Below, piece after piece: positions 24,640-37,899 of a DNA stretch of 64,000 nt. A model generated the notes under the pieces. That model had not been told where the DNA came from. It saw nothing but the letters and a program-made list of their open reading frames with translations, and did no database searches. A program made the translations under genes and the position numbers. How positions within the stretch are numbered: position 1 is the stretch's first letter; every line of letters starts with the position of its first letter. Origin of the DNA: Chiloscyllium plagiosum (taxonomy: Eukaryota); NCBI RefSeq assembly GCF_004010195.1, contig NC_057752.1, forward strand, positions 5,721,055 to 5,785,054, given 5' to 3'.

Positions 24640-26940
24640 GATTAGTCATAAGGGATTCAAACGTAAGGGAAATAGATGTTTCTCTAGCACAAATGAGATT
24701 CCAGGATGGTGTGTTACTTTCCGAGTGCTAGGGTCAAGGATGTCTTGGAGCAGCTACAGGACATTCTGGAGCAGGAGGGTGAACAGCCAGTGATTGTGAT
24801 ATACATCGATACAAATGACATAGGTAAAAAAAAATGGGATGAGGTCCTAAAAGCTGAATATGGGGAGTTAGGGACCAAGTTAAAAAGTCAGACCTCAAAG
24901 GTAGTGATCTCAGGGTTGCTACCAGTGCCACATGCTGATCAGAGTAGAAATAGCAGGATATATCAATCCAATAAGTGGCTGGGGAGATGTTGCAAGGGGG
25001 AGAGTTTCAGATTCCTCTGACTTCGGGACTAGTTCTGGGAGAGGTGGACCAGAAAAGCTGGGCAGGACTGACACTGATATCCTTGGGAGAGTATTTGTAG
25101 TGCAGATAGGGAGAGGGTGGGAAGACGGAAGAGGAGACAGAAGAAAGAGAAACAAGGGCAAAAACAAAAGACAGAATGGGAAATAAGAGAGGGTTTAGGC
25201 AGAGAATTAAAATGCAAGAATGAAGCAGGGCCATAGTGCAAAGTAATGAATGGGACTAAGAATGTTAAAAAGACAAGCCTAAGGCCTTATGTCTCAATGT
25301 ACAAAACATTTGCAGTAAAATGGTTGAATTAGTCACAGAAATAGATATAAATGGGTATCATATAGTTGGGATTATGTGGCTACAGGGTGATCAGAGATTG
25401 GAACTGAATATCCAAGATATTCAGTTTTTAAGAAGACAGATGAAAAGGAAATGGAGGTGGGGTAGCATTGCTGGTTAAAGAGGTTAATGCAATTGTGGGA
25501 ATGGATATTTATTCCAGTGAAATGGAATCTGCACAAGTAGCAATGCCAAGGGGTAGAAAATATTAGTAAGGATTATATTTGGACATGGAAACTGTCGTGG
25601 TAATGTTGGGGATGGCATTAAACAGGAAATTAGAGATGCAAGCAATAAAGCTGTAATTCTGGGTGACCTTAATCATATCAGTGACAATGCAGGAGAGGAA
25701 GAATTCCTGGAGTGTGTACCAAATGTACCATAATTTTCTGAATCAATTATGTTGAGGAACCAACTAGAAAACAGGCCATATTACACTGGATCTTGTGTCA
25801 AGAGAAAGGAAGAATTGGCAATCTCGCTGTGCGAGCTCCTTTAGGGAAGATCGATTGTAATATGGTAGAATTCTTCATTTAAGGTAGAGAGTGACATAGT
25901 TGATTCTGAGACTACGATACTAAATCTAAACAAAGGAACCTTTTATGACATGAAGTGTGAGTTAGCTATGGTATATTGGGGAATGTTACTCAAAAGGATG
26001 ATGATGGATAGTCAATGACAGACATTGAAAGAGTACATAGAGGAACTGCAACAATTGTTCATTCCTGTCTGGCACGAAAAGAAAAAGAAATAGATGGCCC
26101 ATCTATGGCTCACAAGGGAAATTAGGGATAGTATTATATTCAAGGAAGGGACATACAAAATGGCAGACCTAGGGATTGGGAGCAGTAGAGATTTCAGCAA
26201 AGGAGAGCAAAGAGATTTTTAAAGAGGGGGAATTATGAGACTAATCTTGCGGAGAACATACAAACTTCTTGTAAAAGCTTCCATAGGTACATGAAGGGAA
26301 AAAGATTAATTAAGATAAAAGTAGATCCGTGACACAAACAGGGAAAATTATAATGAGGAACACAGAGATGGCAGACCAAATAAATAGTACTGAAAAAGCA
26401 TCACTGCACTCAAGTTGTTAAATCTGCTTTCCCTCCACAAATGCTGCCAGACCTGTTGAGTTTCTCCAGCAATTTCTGTTTTTGTTTGATTTCTAGCACC
26501 CACAGTTCTTTGTTTTAATTCAATACATACATTGGTTCTACTTTCACAAAGGAGAAAACAGATTACATCCCAAAAATTGTTGGGAACACAGAATCTCATC
26601 AGAGACAAGAAGTGAAAGAAATCAGTATTAGTAGGAAAATGGTGTTGAAGACGTTGATGGGATGAAAGGCCAATGAATCCCCAGGGCCCAATAATCTACA
26701 TCCAGAGTACTAAAATATTGGTGGTCACCTTTCAAGATCCTATTAATTCTGAAACAGTTCCCATGATTGGACTGTAGATCATGGAACTCACTATTTCAGA
26801 TGAGGAGAAATTTCTTAATCCAGAGAGTGGTGAGATTGTAGCTATACTGAGTAGGATGATCAGCCATGATCATATTCAATGGTGGAGTAAATTCAACAGG
26901 CTGAATGGCCTAGTCCTGCTCCTACTTTCTATGTTCTATG
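24640..26940 (+). mobile_element. CR1 LINE 5' region: ORF1 esterase-like domain plus endonuclease remnants
   Basis: IRDSNVREID (GDS-like), FPSARVKDV..IDTNDIG..KVVISGLLP, then decayed APE motifs (GGGVALLVK, ILGDLN). Confidence 0.8.
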
Positions 26941-27629
26941 TTTTGCAGCTCGCTTCTCTTCAAGTTGCATTGTGCGCATGTTTGTCTTTTCAGATGTTAT
27001 ATTTCAAGCCCATTTTTTGTGAGCTTGCTATTTTGCCGCATTTTTGTTCACAGCCTGATAGTATGCTTTTTGTCCTTGATCGGGCTTGTTAAGCTGCATC
27101 ATGCTTCTTTGTGCGCTTGTTCTTCTTTGTATCCAAACTTTGCATTGCTCCAATTCTTTTACTTTTCCACCCCTCACTTTTGCTGCTATACCCGAGCTAC
27201 CTATGTCCATCACAATTCTGGACCACGTTCTCAAACAGATGGCACACTTTGCAAATGGCTGTCTTCACTCCTTTTATCATGTATCATAAAACACCATAGT
27301 AACAGCAAAATACCAACACCGTAAAATGCAATTTTGACAATAACGCTTTCAGAAACACGAGCAAAGCCGTAGTTGTGACCTATATCTTGACCAGCAATGA
27401 CAAGACAGGGCAAACACAGGAAGGATGTTCCAGATGAATGGGGAGTCCAGAACCAAGGGTCACAGTCTAAGGAAATGGGGTAGGTCATTTAGGTCTGAGA
27501 TGAGGAGAAATGTCATCACTCAGAGATTAGTGAGCCTGTGGAATTCTGTGCCACAGAAAACGGTGCAATTGGTAACAAAATTAGAGATATGAGATGATTC
27601 CCGTTTACAATTTGGCAGGGAGAGAACAC

Positions 27630-28660
27630 TTGTTTCAGAACTGTAGGGAATTAGATGGTGACATCTTGCAAAATGTCCAGATTACAGAGGAGGAAGTGGT
27701 GGATGTCTTGAAACGGGTAAAAGTGGATAAATCCCCAGGACCTGATCAGGTGTACCCTAGAACTCTGTGGGAAGCTAGAGAAGTGATTGCTGGGCCTCTT
27801 GCTGAGATATTTGTATCATCGATAGTCACAGGTGAGGTGCCGGAAGACTGGAGGTTGGCAAACGTGGTGCCACTGTTTAAGAAGGGTGGTAAAGACAAGC
27901 CAGGGAACTATAGACCAGTGAGCCTGACATCGATGGTGGGCAAGTTGTTGGAGGGAATCCTGAGGGTCAGGATGTACATGTATTTGGAAAGGCAAGGACT
28001 GATTAGGGATAGTCAACATGGCTTTGTGCGTGGGAAATCATGTCTCACAAACTTGATTGAGTTTTTTGAGGAAGTAACAAAGAGGATTGATGAGGGCAGA
28101 CTGGTAGATGTGATCTATATGGACTTCAGTAAAGCGTTTGACAAGGTTCCCCATAAGAGACTGATGTTGTGAAACTTGAAAGGGTTCAGAAAAGATTTAC
28201 AAGGATGTTGCCAGGGTTGGAGGATTTGAGCTATAGGGAGAGGCTGAACAGGCTGGGGCTGTTTTCCCTGGAGCGTCGGAGGCTGAGGGGTAACCTTATA
28301 GAGGTTTACAAAATTATGAGGGGCATGGATAGGGTAAATAGGCAAAGTCTTTTCCCTGGGGTCGGGGAGTCCAGAGCTAGAGGGCATAGGTTTAGTGTGA
28401 GAGGGGAAAGATATAAAAGAGACCTATGGGGCAAATTTTTCACACAGAGGGTGTGGTACGTGTATGGAATGAGCTGCCAGAGGAAGTGGTGGAGGCTGGT
28501 ACAATTGCAACATTTAAAAGGCATTTGAATGGGTATATCAAGAGGAAGGGTTTGGAGGGATATGGGTTAGGTGCTGGCAGGTGGGACGAGATTAGGTTGG
28601 GATATCTGGTTGGCATGGACCGAAGGGTCTGTTTCCATGCTGTACATCTCTATGACTCTA
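27630..28660 (+). mobile_element. Relatively young CR1 LINE with internal deletion
   Basis: Open RT N-half (DKSPGPD..NYRPVSLTS..DFSKAFDKVPH) is fused near 28163 directly to the DVVKLERVQ C-terminal part and 3' UTR. Confidence 0.93.
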
Positions 28661-28758
28661 AGTTGTATTATTACAAACCTATTCACCAGAAGATTGATGT
28701 TAACTGATAACTAAATTGCTGTAAAATATAAGAGATCACTTTACACCTACTTATTTTA

Positions 28759-29054
28759 ATCATAGAATCCCTACAGTGTGGAAACAGGCCCACACCGACC
28801 ATCCAAAGAGTAACCCACCCAGACTCAATCCCCTACTCTATTACCCTGACTAGTGCATCTCAACTACACATCCCTGGACACTATGGGCAATTTAGCATGG
28901 CCAATTCACCGAACCTGCACACTTTTCGATTGTGGGAGGAAACTGGAGCGCCCGGCAGAAACCCTCACAGACAGTCGCCCGAGGCTGGAATCGAATCCGG
29001 GTTCCTGGTGCTTTTGAGGCAGCAGTGTTAAACACTGAGCCACTGTGCTGCCCC
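28759..29054 (-). mobile_element. HE1-like tRNA-derived SINE, near full length
   Basis: Minus-strand head GGGGCAGCACAGTGGCTCAGTG (A box) and GGATTCGATTCC (B box); CR1-like tail CACTGTAGGGATTCTATGAT. Confidence 0.85.
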
Positions 29055-29289
29055 TAAACAATGCATATATATTCATCATTAAAATCTATTTAAGCAAAAA
29101 GGTGTCTGGTGTTTTTAGTGTTGAAGGCTGTGTAGTTTGGAAAGGAGTGTTTTCAGCACCGTTGTCTGGACTATGGATTAAACTGTAACAGGGATTGAAC
29201 CGGGCCACTGATTGAATCGAGCCACAAATTAAACTGGGTCATGTATTTGTGGGGAACTTTGAAAGAACCATTTCATTTGTATAAAATAT

Positions 29290-29635
29290 TAGCATGCAAG
29301 TGCAGCAAGTCGTTAAGACAGATAATGTCATTTTGGCCTTTATTACTGGGGGGGGGGGAGTGTTGGAGTTTAAAAATAGGACAGTCTTGTTACCACTACA
29401 GGGTGTTGGTGCGTCTGCACCTGGAGTACCTCATGCAGTTTTAGTTTCCATATTTAAGAAAGAGTATACCAACATTGGAGGCTGTTCAAAAGAGATTCAT
29501 GAGGTTGATTCCTGGGATGAAGGGGTTGACTTATCAAGAACAGCGAATCAGGTTGGGTTGTTATTCATTAGAGTTTTGAAGAATGAAGGGTGTTCTTATT
29601 GAAACATACAAGATTCTGAGTGGGGCTTGACAGGG
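29290..29635 (+). mobile_element. CR1 LINE C-terminal fragment
   Basis: MQVQQVVK.., YRVLVRLHLEY and LEAVQKRF remnants. Confidence 0.8.
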
Positions 29636-30255
29636 ACCATTACTACTGACGTGAGCTGGGAGTCTCCAAACTGCTTATGCCGACATGACATGGACAGTTG
29701 TACTAGTCTGTTGAAAAAGACCTCACTTGCCGGGAGAATGTCCTTGGCCAGTGAAGGGGGCTTTTGGAGCCAGGAGCCCTTTGGCCCTGCGCACTGGCTG
29801 AATGAACAGCCAGGCTCTCTGTCCAGATGTGGAATTTCAAGCCGCCTGCTCGTGATGGGGGGACCGGTGTGAAGCAGAACCCTCCCATGAGCGTTCCCAT
29901 CTCCTCGCCAGTGCCCAGACCACAGCCGCACCAGCCCCTCTGCTGGGTCTTTCCTGTCTGCGTGAGCAGGCTCGAACTCTGGCCGCTCAGCCAAGGACCA
30001 AACACTTGTTACTGTAAGTGCTGCTTAGTGGGTTAGGATTTGTATGGAAGAGCCTTGAGAAACGACACCTGGATCGTGTTCGTTCCCTCATAGCTGGAGT
30101 TCGGACGCCTCCCAGATTTCAATCCCTGTGATTTGAACTGGCCCGGAACTAGTGCCTTCCTAACACCTCCTGGAAATGTTTCGCTGCCGAGGTTCTGTCT
30201 TAAACACAGTTACACCTGGCCCCACTGGGCAAAGGGAAACCATGGCATGCATTAC

Positions 30256-30521
30256 CAGTCTGCCCGCCTCGTTATTGTGCAGGTTGGTCAGATAGCGCAG
30301 ATCCCGGCCCCTTTCGCTTGAGTCCACGAACTCGCGGCCGAAGACGCGGCCGAAGTCGATGTTGTCGCTGCAGCCGCCCCAATGCCAGTCGAGCCCGCCC
30401 GGTCCCCGCCGCCGGTAGTCGCAGGTACACGACTCGATGGAGCCTTCGGAGCAGGAGCGGGACACGGAATGCGTTACCGCCGCGCTGGTCAGGGCGAAGA
30501 TAAAAGCGGTTTCTCTGCAAC
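30256..30521 (-). CDS. wnt1: Wnt1 coding exon 3 (266 bp)
   Basis: Acceptor ccctgcag and donor GTAATG. Encodes (G)[57 protein letters not shown]...HNNEAGRL. Phase 1 start, phase 0 end. Confidence 0.97.
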
Positions 30522-30914
30522 CTGCAGGGACAAGAAACCGGGAAAGAATTAAGAGGGAGGGATAGAGACTGAGAGAGATCCAGACACCGGACAGGGAGAG
30601 AGAGAGAGACCCCCCCCCCCCCCGGTAACCACACATCGGAGAGCCAAGTCTCTCCTCCGAAGGAATAGAAGGAGCGGTACAGACCCGAGTGCAGAAGCAG
30701 AGAGAGAGAGAAATTGAAGCAGTCCCACAGAAACACCCTCAGCCTGAAAGAGAGGGGCCGAGAAGGAACGGCACAGTGGGAGGCAAGGGCGTAAAGATAT
30801 AGAGTGAGAGACTGAGATTTGGAGACAGAGATAGCAAAACAAAAACAAAAGACACACAGGGATGGGGAGCATGAGATACTACATGTGCGAGAGAGAGAGA
30901 GCGGAACACGCACC

Positions 30915-33610
30915 GACATTCACACACCCACATTCAAACAGGTATTCACTTGTACACGCTCATCCTCACACACAATCTCTCACATAACACGCACCTATTC
31001 GCATATTCTTTCATGCGCATATTCACATGCTTAGTCTCTCATTCACATACTCTCTCACACGTTCGAACACACTCTCAGACACACGTGTGCACATCCACAT
31101 GCTCAGAGTCTCAAATATTCACACGCACTTCCTCAAACACATTCTCACACACAGACACATTCACACAGACACAGACACTCAGTGTCTCACACACATTCAC
31201 ACACACGCATTCAAACACACTCCCACAAACACATCTCTTCTCTCACACTCACTCTGTTGCAGTCTCTCATACATTCACACACTCTGTCACATGTATTCGC
31301 ACACACATTCCCACACACTCTCACTCATTGCAGATTCACTCCCTCACGCTTACGTTCAAACACTCACATTCATACATTCTCTCACACTCACACACACAAT
31401 CGCTTGCATTCACACACATATTGTCTCACACTTTCTCATGCACTCACTCTCACACACACTATCTCAGACACTCCTGTTCACTCTAACACACATTCATGTG
31501 GTCCATCTCACACAAGCACATTCTGTCTCTCTTACACACACACATTCATACAAGCACACATTCACCAACACACATGCACATAAACACGCATTCACGCATT
31601 CACTCACGCTCATCCTCTCACACACTCTCACGTGCGTGCATTCACACACACACTCTCACGTGCACATTCACACACATTCTCACACGTTCTCTCACGTGTA
31701 CATTCTCACGGGCTCTCTCACGTGCACATTCTCACATGCTCTCTCGTGCACATTCTCACACGCTCTCTCATGTGCACGCATTCACACACACTCTCTCGTG
31801 CCCATTCACACACACTCTCTCACATGCACGCATTCACACACACACTCTCATGTGTACATTCACACATGCTCTCTCGTGCACATTCACTCACCCTCTCTTA
31901 TGTGGACATTCTCACACGCTCTCTCACGTGCATGCATTCACACACTCGTGCACATTCACACACGCGCTCTCATGTGCACATTCACACACGCTCTCTCACG
32001 TGCACGCATTCACACACTCGTGCACATTCATACACGCTCTCTCATGTGCACATTCACACACGCTCTCTCGTGCACATTCTCACACGTTCTCTCGTGCACA
32101 TTCTCACAAGCTCTTGTGCACATTCACTCACGCTTTCTCACGTGCACGCATTCACACACACTCTGTCATGTGCACATTCACATGCTCTCTCATGTGCAAA
32201 TTCTCACACACACTCTCGTGCACATTCACGCACGCTCTCTCCCATGCACATTCACACACGCTCTCTCACGTGCACGCATTCACACATGCTCTCTCACGTG
32301 CACATTCACATGCTCAGCCTCAGACACATTCACACACTTTCTCAAACATTCAAACACACATTTAAACACACATTCAGTCATGCACACACACAAGCACACA
32401 CATGCACAGTCTCACACCTATTCACACGCACTCTCTAACATTCAAATACTGTACACATTCTCACACAGTCATGCACTTAGTCAGGCACTCATTCACACAA
32501 ACACATTTACACACGTGTACATTCATGCAAACACGCATTTGCACATACACACCTATAAACACACAATCACACACATGCTGACCCATTCACACCCTCTCTC
32601 ATGCATACATACACACCCATGCACATATTAATTTGCTCAATTTCACACCCATTCAGTCTTTGACACACACACATTGACACATTCAATCTCTCATGCGCAT
32701 TCATACCTACTATCTCACACACATTCACACACTTTTATGCACGCATTCACATGCTCAGTCTCACACACACTCTCACACATTCAAACACACATTTACACAC
32801 ACTCTCATACATTCACTTCCCCACACTCATTCACACATGCACATTCACATGCTCATACACACATTCAAACACTCATTGTCTCTCTCACACACAAATTTGT
32901 GCACACACCTATAAACATTCACACACAGTATCTCACACACTCATTCTGTCTCTCATATACATTCACACACACTCTCATAAGCACATATTCACTCATACTC
33001 TCACCTACATTCACACACACACACTCACATACATACATTCTCATACTCAGTCTCACGAACATTCACACATTCATACACACAAGCTCATTCTCGCTTTCTG
33101 GCACACATTCGCACAAACACATTCTTTCACACACAAGTTCATTCGCACATTCACACACACACTTAATCTCTCTCACATTCACACACTCACTCTCTCACAT
33201 GCATATGCACACATTCTGTCACACACATACCAATGCGTTCACTCCACAATCTCTTTCTCTCACATGCATATAGACACTCTATCATATTGGGGAGGCAATG
33301 GTCATGCACTCATTCATACACTCTCGCTTACTCTCACTCACTCACGCAGTCATTCTCTCAACATACTCTTTCTCTCACGCATACACAGTCACCCACTCTC
33401 TTTCACACACACTTTCTCTCACACAGATATACACACACACAGATACGCACACTCAAGCGTACATATACACACTCACGCAAACGGACCCCCTTTGTCTCAG
33501 ACGCTCACATACACTCATGCTCTCTCACATACAGTCACTTATATACTTACTCACCCACGTACACACACGCATGCACCCATTCACTCACTCGCTCAGACAT
33601 TCACTCCACA
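30915..33610. repeat. 2.7-kb degenerate (CA)/(CT) low-complexity block in Wnt1 intron 2
   Basis: Continuous cacaca/ctctca/cattca sequence. It is the source of the spurious His/Thr/Ser-rich ORFs. Confidence 0.95.
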
Positions 33611-34728
33611 TCAAATGCGAAGAACCTATTAGAGCGATGAAGACATGCGGAGGACACGGCGGTACGTCGAACTGTTGAGTAAACACAGCGAGAGTCATGT
33701 GTACAGCGAATTCGAGATAATGAGAGCGAACAGAGAGGCAGGGCGGGGAGAGGTGTCCAAAGGAAATAGGGAAAGACAGAGAGAGAAAGGTGCACACAAA
33801 AACCAGAACCACAGCAGAAAGCATCAGAACACCGGCGAGTAAAAAGAATACTGTTAGTTAAAATAGTTAAACGTAGGGAATGAGGAAGAGAACTAATTCA
33901 CTGGAGGAATATTTAAAAGAAACAAACTGGACATCGGCAAGGACTGATAGAATGGTCTCGAATGAGCTGCACATCAGCATTGAAACTGGTGGAACCATTC
34001 AGCCCCAAGCGAGATCAAGGTTAGTAACGCCGGTCCCTAACGTTCAGCACGCAATGGTTATCAGATCCTGTCATCGATTTAACACCGTGCCGCCCAGAGA
34101 AAGCAAATTCCAACCTTCGCCCGGCAGCTGAGATACAGTGTCAGGACAGAGGGGGATGGCTACCGTAGCGCAGACCGGCTGAATGCAGCCATTCAGCCCA
34201 ATAAAGATGCTGGCCCTAGTAAATACTCAGTGAGACAACAATAGACTAGCCTGTTACCTGTGTGCGAGTGTGTGTGTGTGCGTGTGTGTGGGGAGGGGGA
34301 GATTCTCCTCATGAAGAATCTCGGCCTGTGGTGAAGAGTTTGATTCCTCAATCCCAGCCGGCCTGGTAACCTGTCGAGCTGCGGCCTGTTGGATGCTGCC
34401 ACAGTTCGATACCTTTGCCTGGGCAGGCTGTTCTGCGGGGGGAGGGGGTGGGGGGAAATAGGCTAACTTGGCCGGGAATGGGTCCGGGACACTGTGTTCC
34501 ATGGGCTCTCAGTTCAATCCACCTTGGGTCGGCTGATTTCAGGTCGGAACTGACCAACACTAAACAGGGAACCTCATGAGGCTTTTTTTTTGTTTTATGT
34601 CTGCACATGGGCCCAATCTGATGGGTCAACGGGTCTATTTCGCCATCTGGACCTGGACTGGGCTACACTTGAGCTGGGAGGCATCGATTTGAAAGTGGCC
34701 TAGGTGCCCCTGGCCTGGCCGAGCCTAC

Positions 34729-34982
34729 CTCGGTTAACGATTTTGCCAAAGATGTTGGAGCTCTGGCTGGTTGGACAGTTCCAGCGTCGGTTGCGAAATT
34801 GCCACTTGCACTCCCTGATGGCGGACTGCACTCCCCCGGTGATGCTGTGCAGAATGCCCGGGTTCTGGCGAATCAGTTTCCGTTGCTTTCGACTCAGCAG
34901 CTGTAGGCTCGGGTCCAAAACCAGCTGGACGTACTTGGAGTCGGTCAGCAAGTTGGAGGAGGAAGCAATGTTTACAATGCCC
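34729..34982 (-). CDS. wnt1: Wnt1 coding exon 2 (254 bp)
   Basis: Acceptor tgtttcag and donor GTAGGC. Encodes [46 protein letters not shown]...[15 protein letters not shown]...FGKIVNR, which is diagnostic of Wnt1. Needs a phase-2 upstream exon. Confidence 0.97.
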
Positions 34983-35399
34983 CTGAAACACACACACACA
35001 AACAAAATAACAAAACGTGCAATTTGGAGAATGGTGCCCAGAAATAGACCCACTACTCGGATGGCATTGATAGAACTGCTCTCGCACCTGTCCCTGCTGC
35101 TGGTGGGCTCTTTCATTTGTTAAAGACACTTATTCGGGCTTATGTTCGAGTGGAGGGGGGTGGGGGCGGGAGTTGGGGGGTGGGTGGGTGGGTGGGTGAA
35201 CCCACCCCCCCGCCCAGTACAGACACGAATTCGATTGTGGAAAAGATGGCAAGTTTGTGTACAACCAGGTCTAGCCTTCGCCAATGAGTGCAGGGTGCCC
35301 TGATCACAGAAGTTTCATCACGGGATTTGCTGCCTTCTTATAAGTTTGTAGGACGAGCTTTTATTTGGGGTGGGGGGGGGGTGCTGTAAGTGGCGGACA

Positions 35400-36050
35400 A
35401 ACCTCCCAGTTTAGAGGAACAATGGCAGGAAGGGGACACATTCTTCCCCTATCGCCTGCGCGATCCGAGCCGAGAGCTGTCCATCAAAGTGTCTATCATC
35501 CGCTCGCTGGAAGACAGCCCATTCAAGCGGTTTAATGCCCATGGAAGCCAGCGAATCTGATTGTTCAAGTCCTTACCGGGACGGTCAACCAGCCGCTACT
35601 GTGTGTAGGAACGTGTCCGCAATTCTCCAGCAAATGGCCTCACTCCTTGCCTCGCAGGGGTCGGCATTTCTGTCAAGCGAACAGTGATGCTGTCTCATTC
35701 GCGGGGACCACTCTCTTCTCGCGGTGCTCCCTGAAGTCGCTTTTTCCAAACTGTGGCTCACACACACACTCGATGCGAGGGACGCCCGGAGCCCAGCACT
35801 GAAACCGCTCCTGACGCCTCCGTCGCCGTTTGCTCTTTATTTCGTTTTTCTTTCGCTTGCAAAGTGAAGTTGGCTGAAGGTGACTGTGAGTTTGTTGGGA
35901 GCTGTCACGGACCCAGCCAGCTTGCTTTCAAGCATCTGAGTGTGTGTTGCGCAGTGACAAACAAGCCGAGAAACTATTCCTCTCCCTCAGTCCCATAATA
36001 TCACGGCACAGCAGCTGAAGAGACTAGAATAGACATCGAAATATAATCGC
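35400..36050 (-). promoter_or_regulatory. CpG-rich candidate Wnt1 promoter / 5' region
   Basis: Non-repetitive, CpG-dense segment 0.4-1.1 kb upstream of exon 2, with a strong donor CCG|GTAAGG at 35577. TSS not determined. Confidence 0.4.
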
Positions 36051-36084
36051 CCACTTGATAAACTGGTCAACATTTTAAATATGT

Positions 36085-36190
36085 TCTAACCACCCCGTTC
36101 AGAGATGGTATAACACACCTCTGGATCAGGAAGTCTGGGTTCAAACCCCACCTGCTTCAGAGGTATGTACACTACCACTGTACCACAAGA
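36085..36190 (-). mobile_element. Short SINE-like repeat
   Basis: Minus TGGTACAGTGGTAGTGT..ACCTCTG head. Related copies on plus at about 40080-40180 and 48800-48890. Confidence 0.5.
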
Positions 36191-36569
36191 ACACACCTCC
36201 TGCCAACCCTGGAATAAGGGAATCATTGATTTTGGGTTGGTTTCTGGGATTTTCTCCAACGTTATGGGGCAGCGACTTTCACTGCTTCTCCAGTCTCCCT
36301 TCAAAGCAAGTGGCAACGTTTTAAACTCTCAATTTTCCGCTTTATTAAACCGCTCCCCCAACTCCCACCCCACCCCGCCCCTCAAAAACTGGGAAATTAC
36401 CTGAAGGTGGACCAGCTGGGCACGCTGTGAAAACGGCTCCTGTCGCGTCCTTAGAATCATTTCATGTACTAGAGATGGTGTCAATGTCAAAGCAACCGGA
36501 GCAGCCATCATCGTTTGGAAACGGTGTGAATTATCATCCATGGCGGCTACTATTTCAATGCAGTTGGAG

Positions 36570-36947
36570 GCACAAAAAAACTGCAGATGCTGGAATCCAA
36601 AAGAGACAGGCAGGAGGCTGGAAGAAAACTGCAAGCCAGGCAGCGTCAGGAGGTGGAGAAATTAGCGTTTCGGGTATAGCCCTTCTTCAGGAATCACTGA
36701 TTGTGACTTAAAAGTTCTGGGATTTGCATATTAACGAACCGAAACTAGCAAAAGCATTCTAAAAGATGAAAGACTCAATCTAAGTTTGTTTAATATATTT
36801 CAGTTGCATGGCACTGTAACCTTTTGCTAAACATTCTGTGTCTTATGGTCCTGCTCCACAGCCATCTGATGAAGGAGCAGCACCTCGAAAGCTAGTACAT
36901 CCAAATAAACCTGTTGGACTCTAACCTGGTGTTGTGTGATTTTTAAC
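36570..36947. mobile_element. Two Penelope-derived fragments in opposite orientation, each with a degenerate hammerhead motif
   Basis: Minus 36661-36693 reads CTGAAGA-A-GGG..CCC-GAAAC. Plus 36863-36897 reads CTGATGA..GAA-AGCT-A and is followed by the same tail as 38072-38121. Confidence 0.65.
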
Positions 36948-37642
36948 CGAGAAAAGGAAGAAACAAAGTATACTACCACTATTTGTCCAGTAGACCTGTT
37001 CTCAGATTAGCAATATGGGGTGATTTAAAAGATCGATATATTGTTGCTGAGGGGTTTGAAAATTGCCTCTTCAGACAAGTTGGGGGGTGTTCCTGATGAT
37101 GACTGTCCTTGGGATGGCGCTCTCGAGCCGTCAGAGCAACGGAGAGGACGCCGGGACCGTTTCCACCGGGGCCTTAGTTCAATGTGACATTGCTTCTTAC
37201 CCACGAGGAAAATGGCTTCAACGCTTGCCATTCCCGAGGCGTCAGAAGTGAAAGTGCGAGGCAACTTCAGATGATTGCAACGTCCTCAATCGGTAGAGTT
37301 TGACATGGCTCCAAAACCCGATACTCTCAAAGCAGCAGAAATATATTCAGCAACAAGGCGCAAACGATTTCCTTGTAGTCTGTGAAACACATCTTTAGTC
37401 TCGTTGGAATATTTAGAATAATATATAAAATTCACGTGCTGTTTTAATATATTGGCCGTAGCCTTGATAAACTAGAGTTAGTTTCACGTGTTTGGCATCC
37501 AGTCCGATTAGACTTTTCACCAATGAACAGTGATTTGTTTTTAGCACCATGCTGAGGTGTATCTGCTACATTTCCAGAGCGTGTGATGTTTTAGAAACGT
37601 TCGTGCGTTTTCAGAATCTGGCACAAGTATAAAGATTTATCC

Positions 37643-37852
37643 GAGCTGAAAATGTGTTGCTGGAAAAGCTCAGCAGATCAGGCAGCATCGAAGGAGCAGG
37701 AGAATCGACGTTTCGGGCATAAGCCCTTCTTCAGGAATGAAGGGCTCATGCCCGAAACGTCGATTCTCCTTCTCCTTGGATGCTGCCTGACCTGCTGCGC
37801 TTTTCTAGCAACACATTTTCAGCTCTGATCTCCAGCATCTGCAGTCCTCACT
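37643..37852. mobile_element. Palindromic Penelope-derived element
   Basis: About 90-nt inverted arms spanning 37643-37825. Intact core CTGAAGA..GAAACGTC on minus at 37707-37734. Flanking direct repeat TAAAGATTT at 37630 and 37857. Confidence 0.75.
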
Positions 37853-37899
37853 TCCTTAAAGATTTTCGATATGTTCAAACCCCAGTCTCTGTATCTCTA

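Noticed and set aside
28960..29054. A/B-box sequence as a tRNA gene
   Set aside because: It is the head of a SINE, followed by SINE body and a LINE-like tail.
30950..33678. Long His/Thr/Ser-rich ORFs (up to 534 aa)
   Set aside because: Translation of a stop-poor (CA)/(CT) repeat, open in several frames at once and antisense within a Wnt1 intron.
35577..35700. Candidate Wnt1 coding exon 1 ending at donor CCG|GTAAGG
   Set aside because: The phase-compatible frame has TGA at 35585-35587 and no hydrophobic core. It could only be a non-coding exon.
36401..36531. Minus-strand ORF MMAAPVALTL... ending at CAG|GTAATT
   Set aside because: Phase 0, incompatible with the phase-2 start of Wnt1 exon 2.
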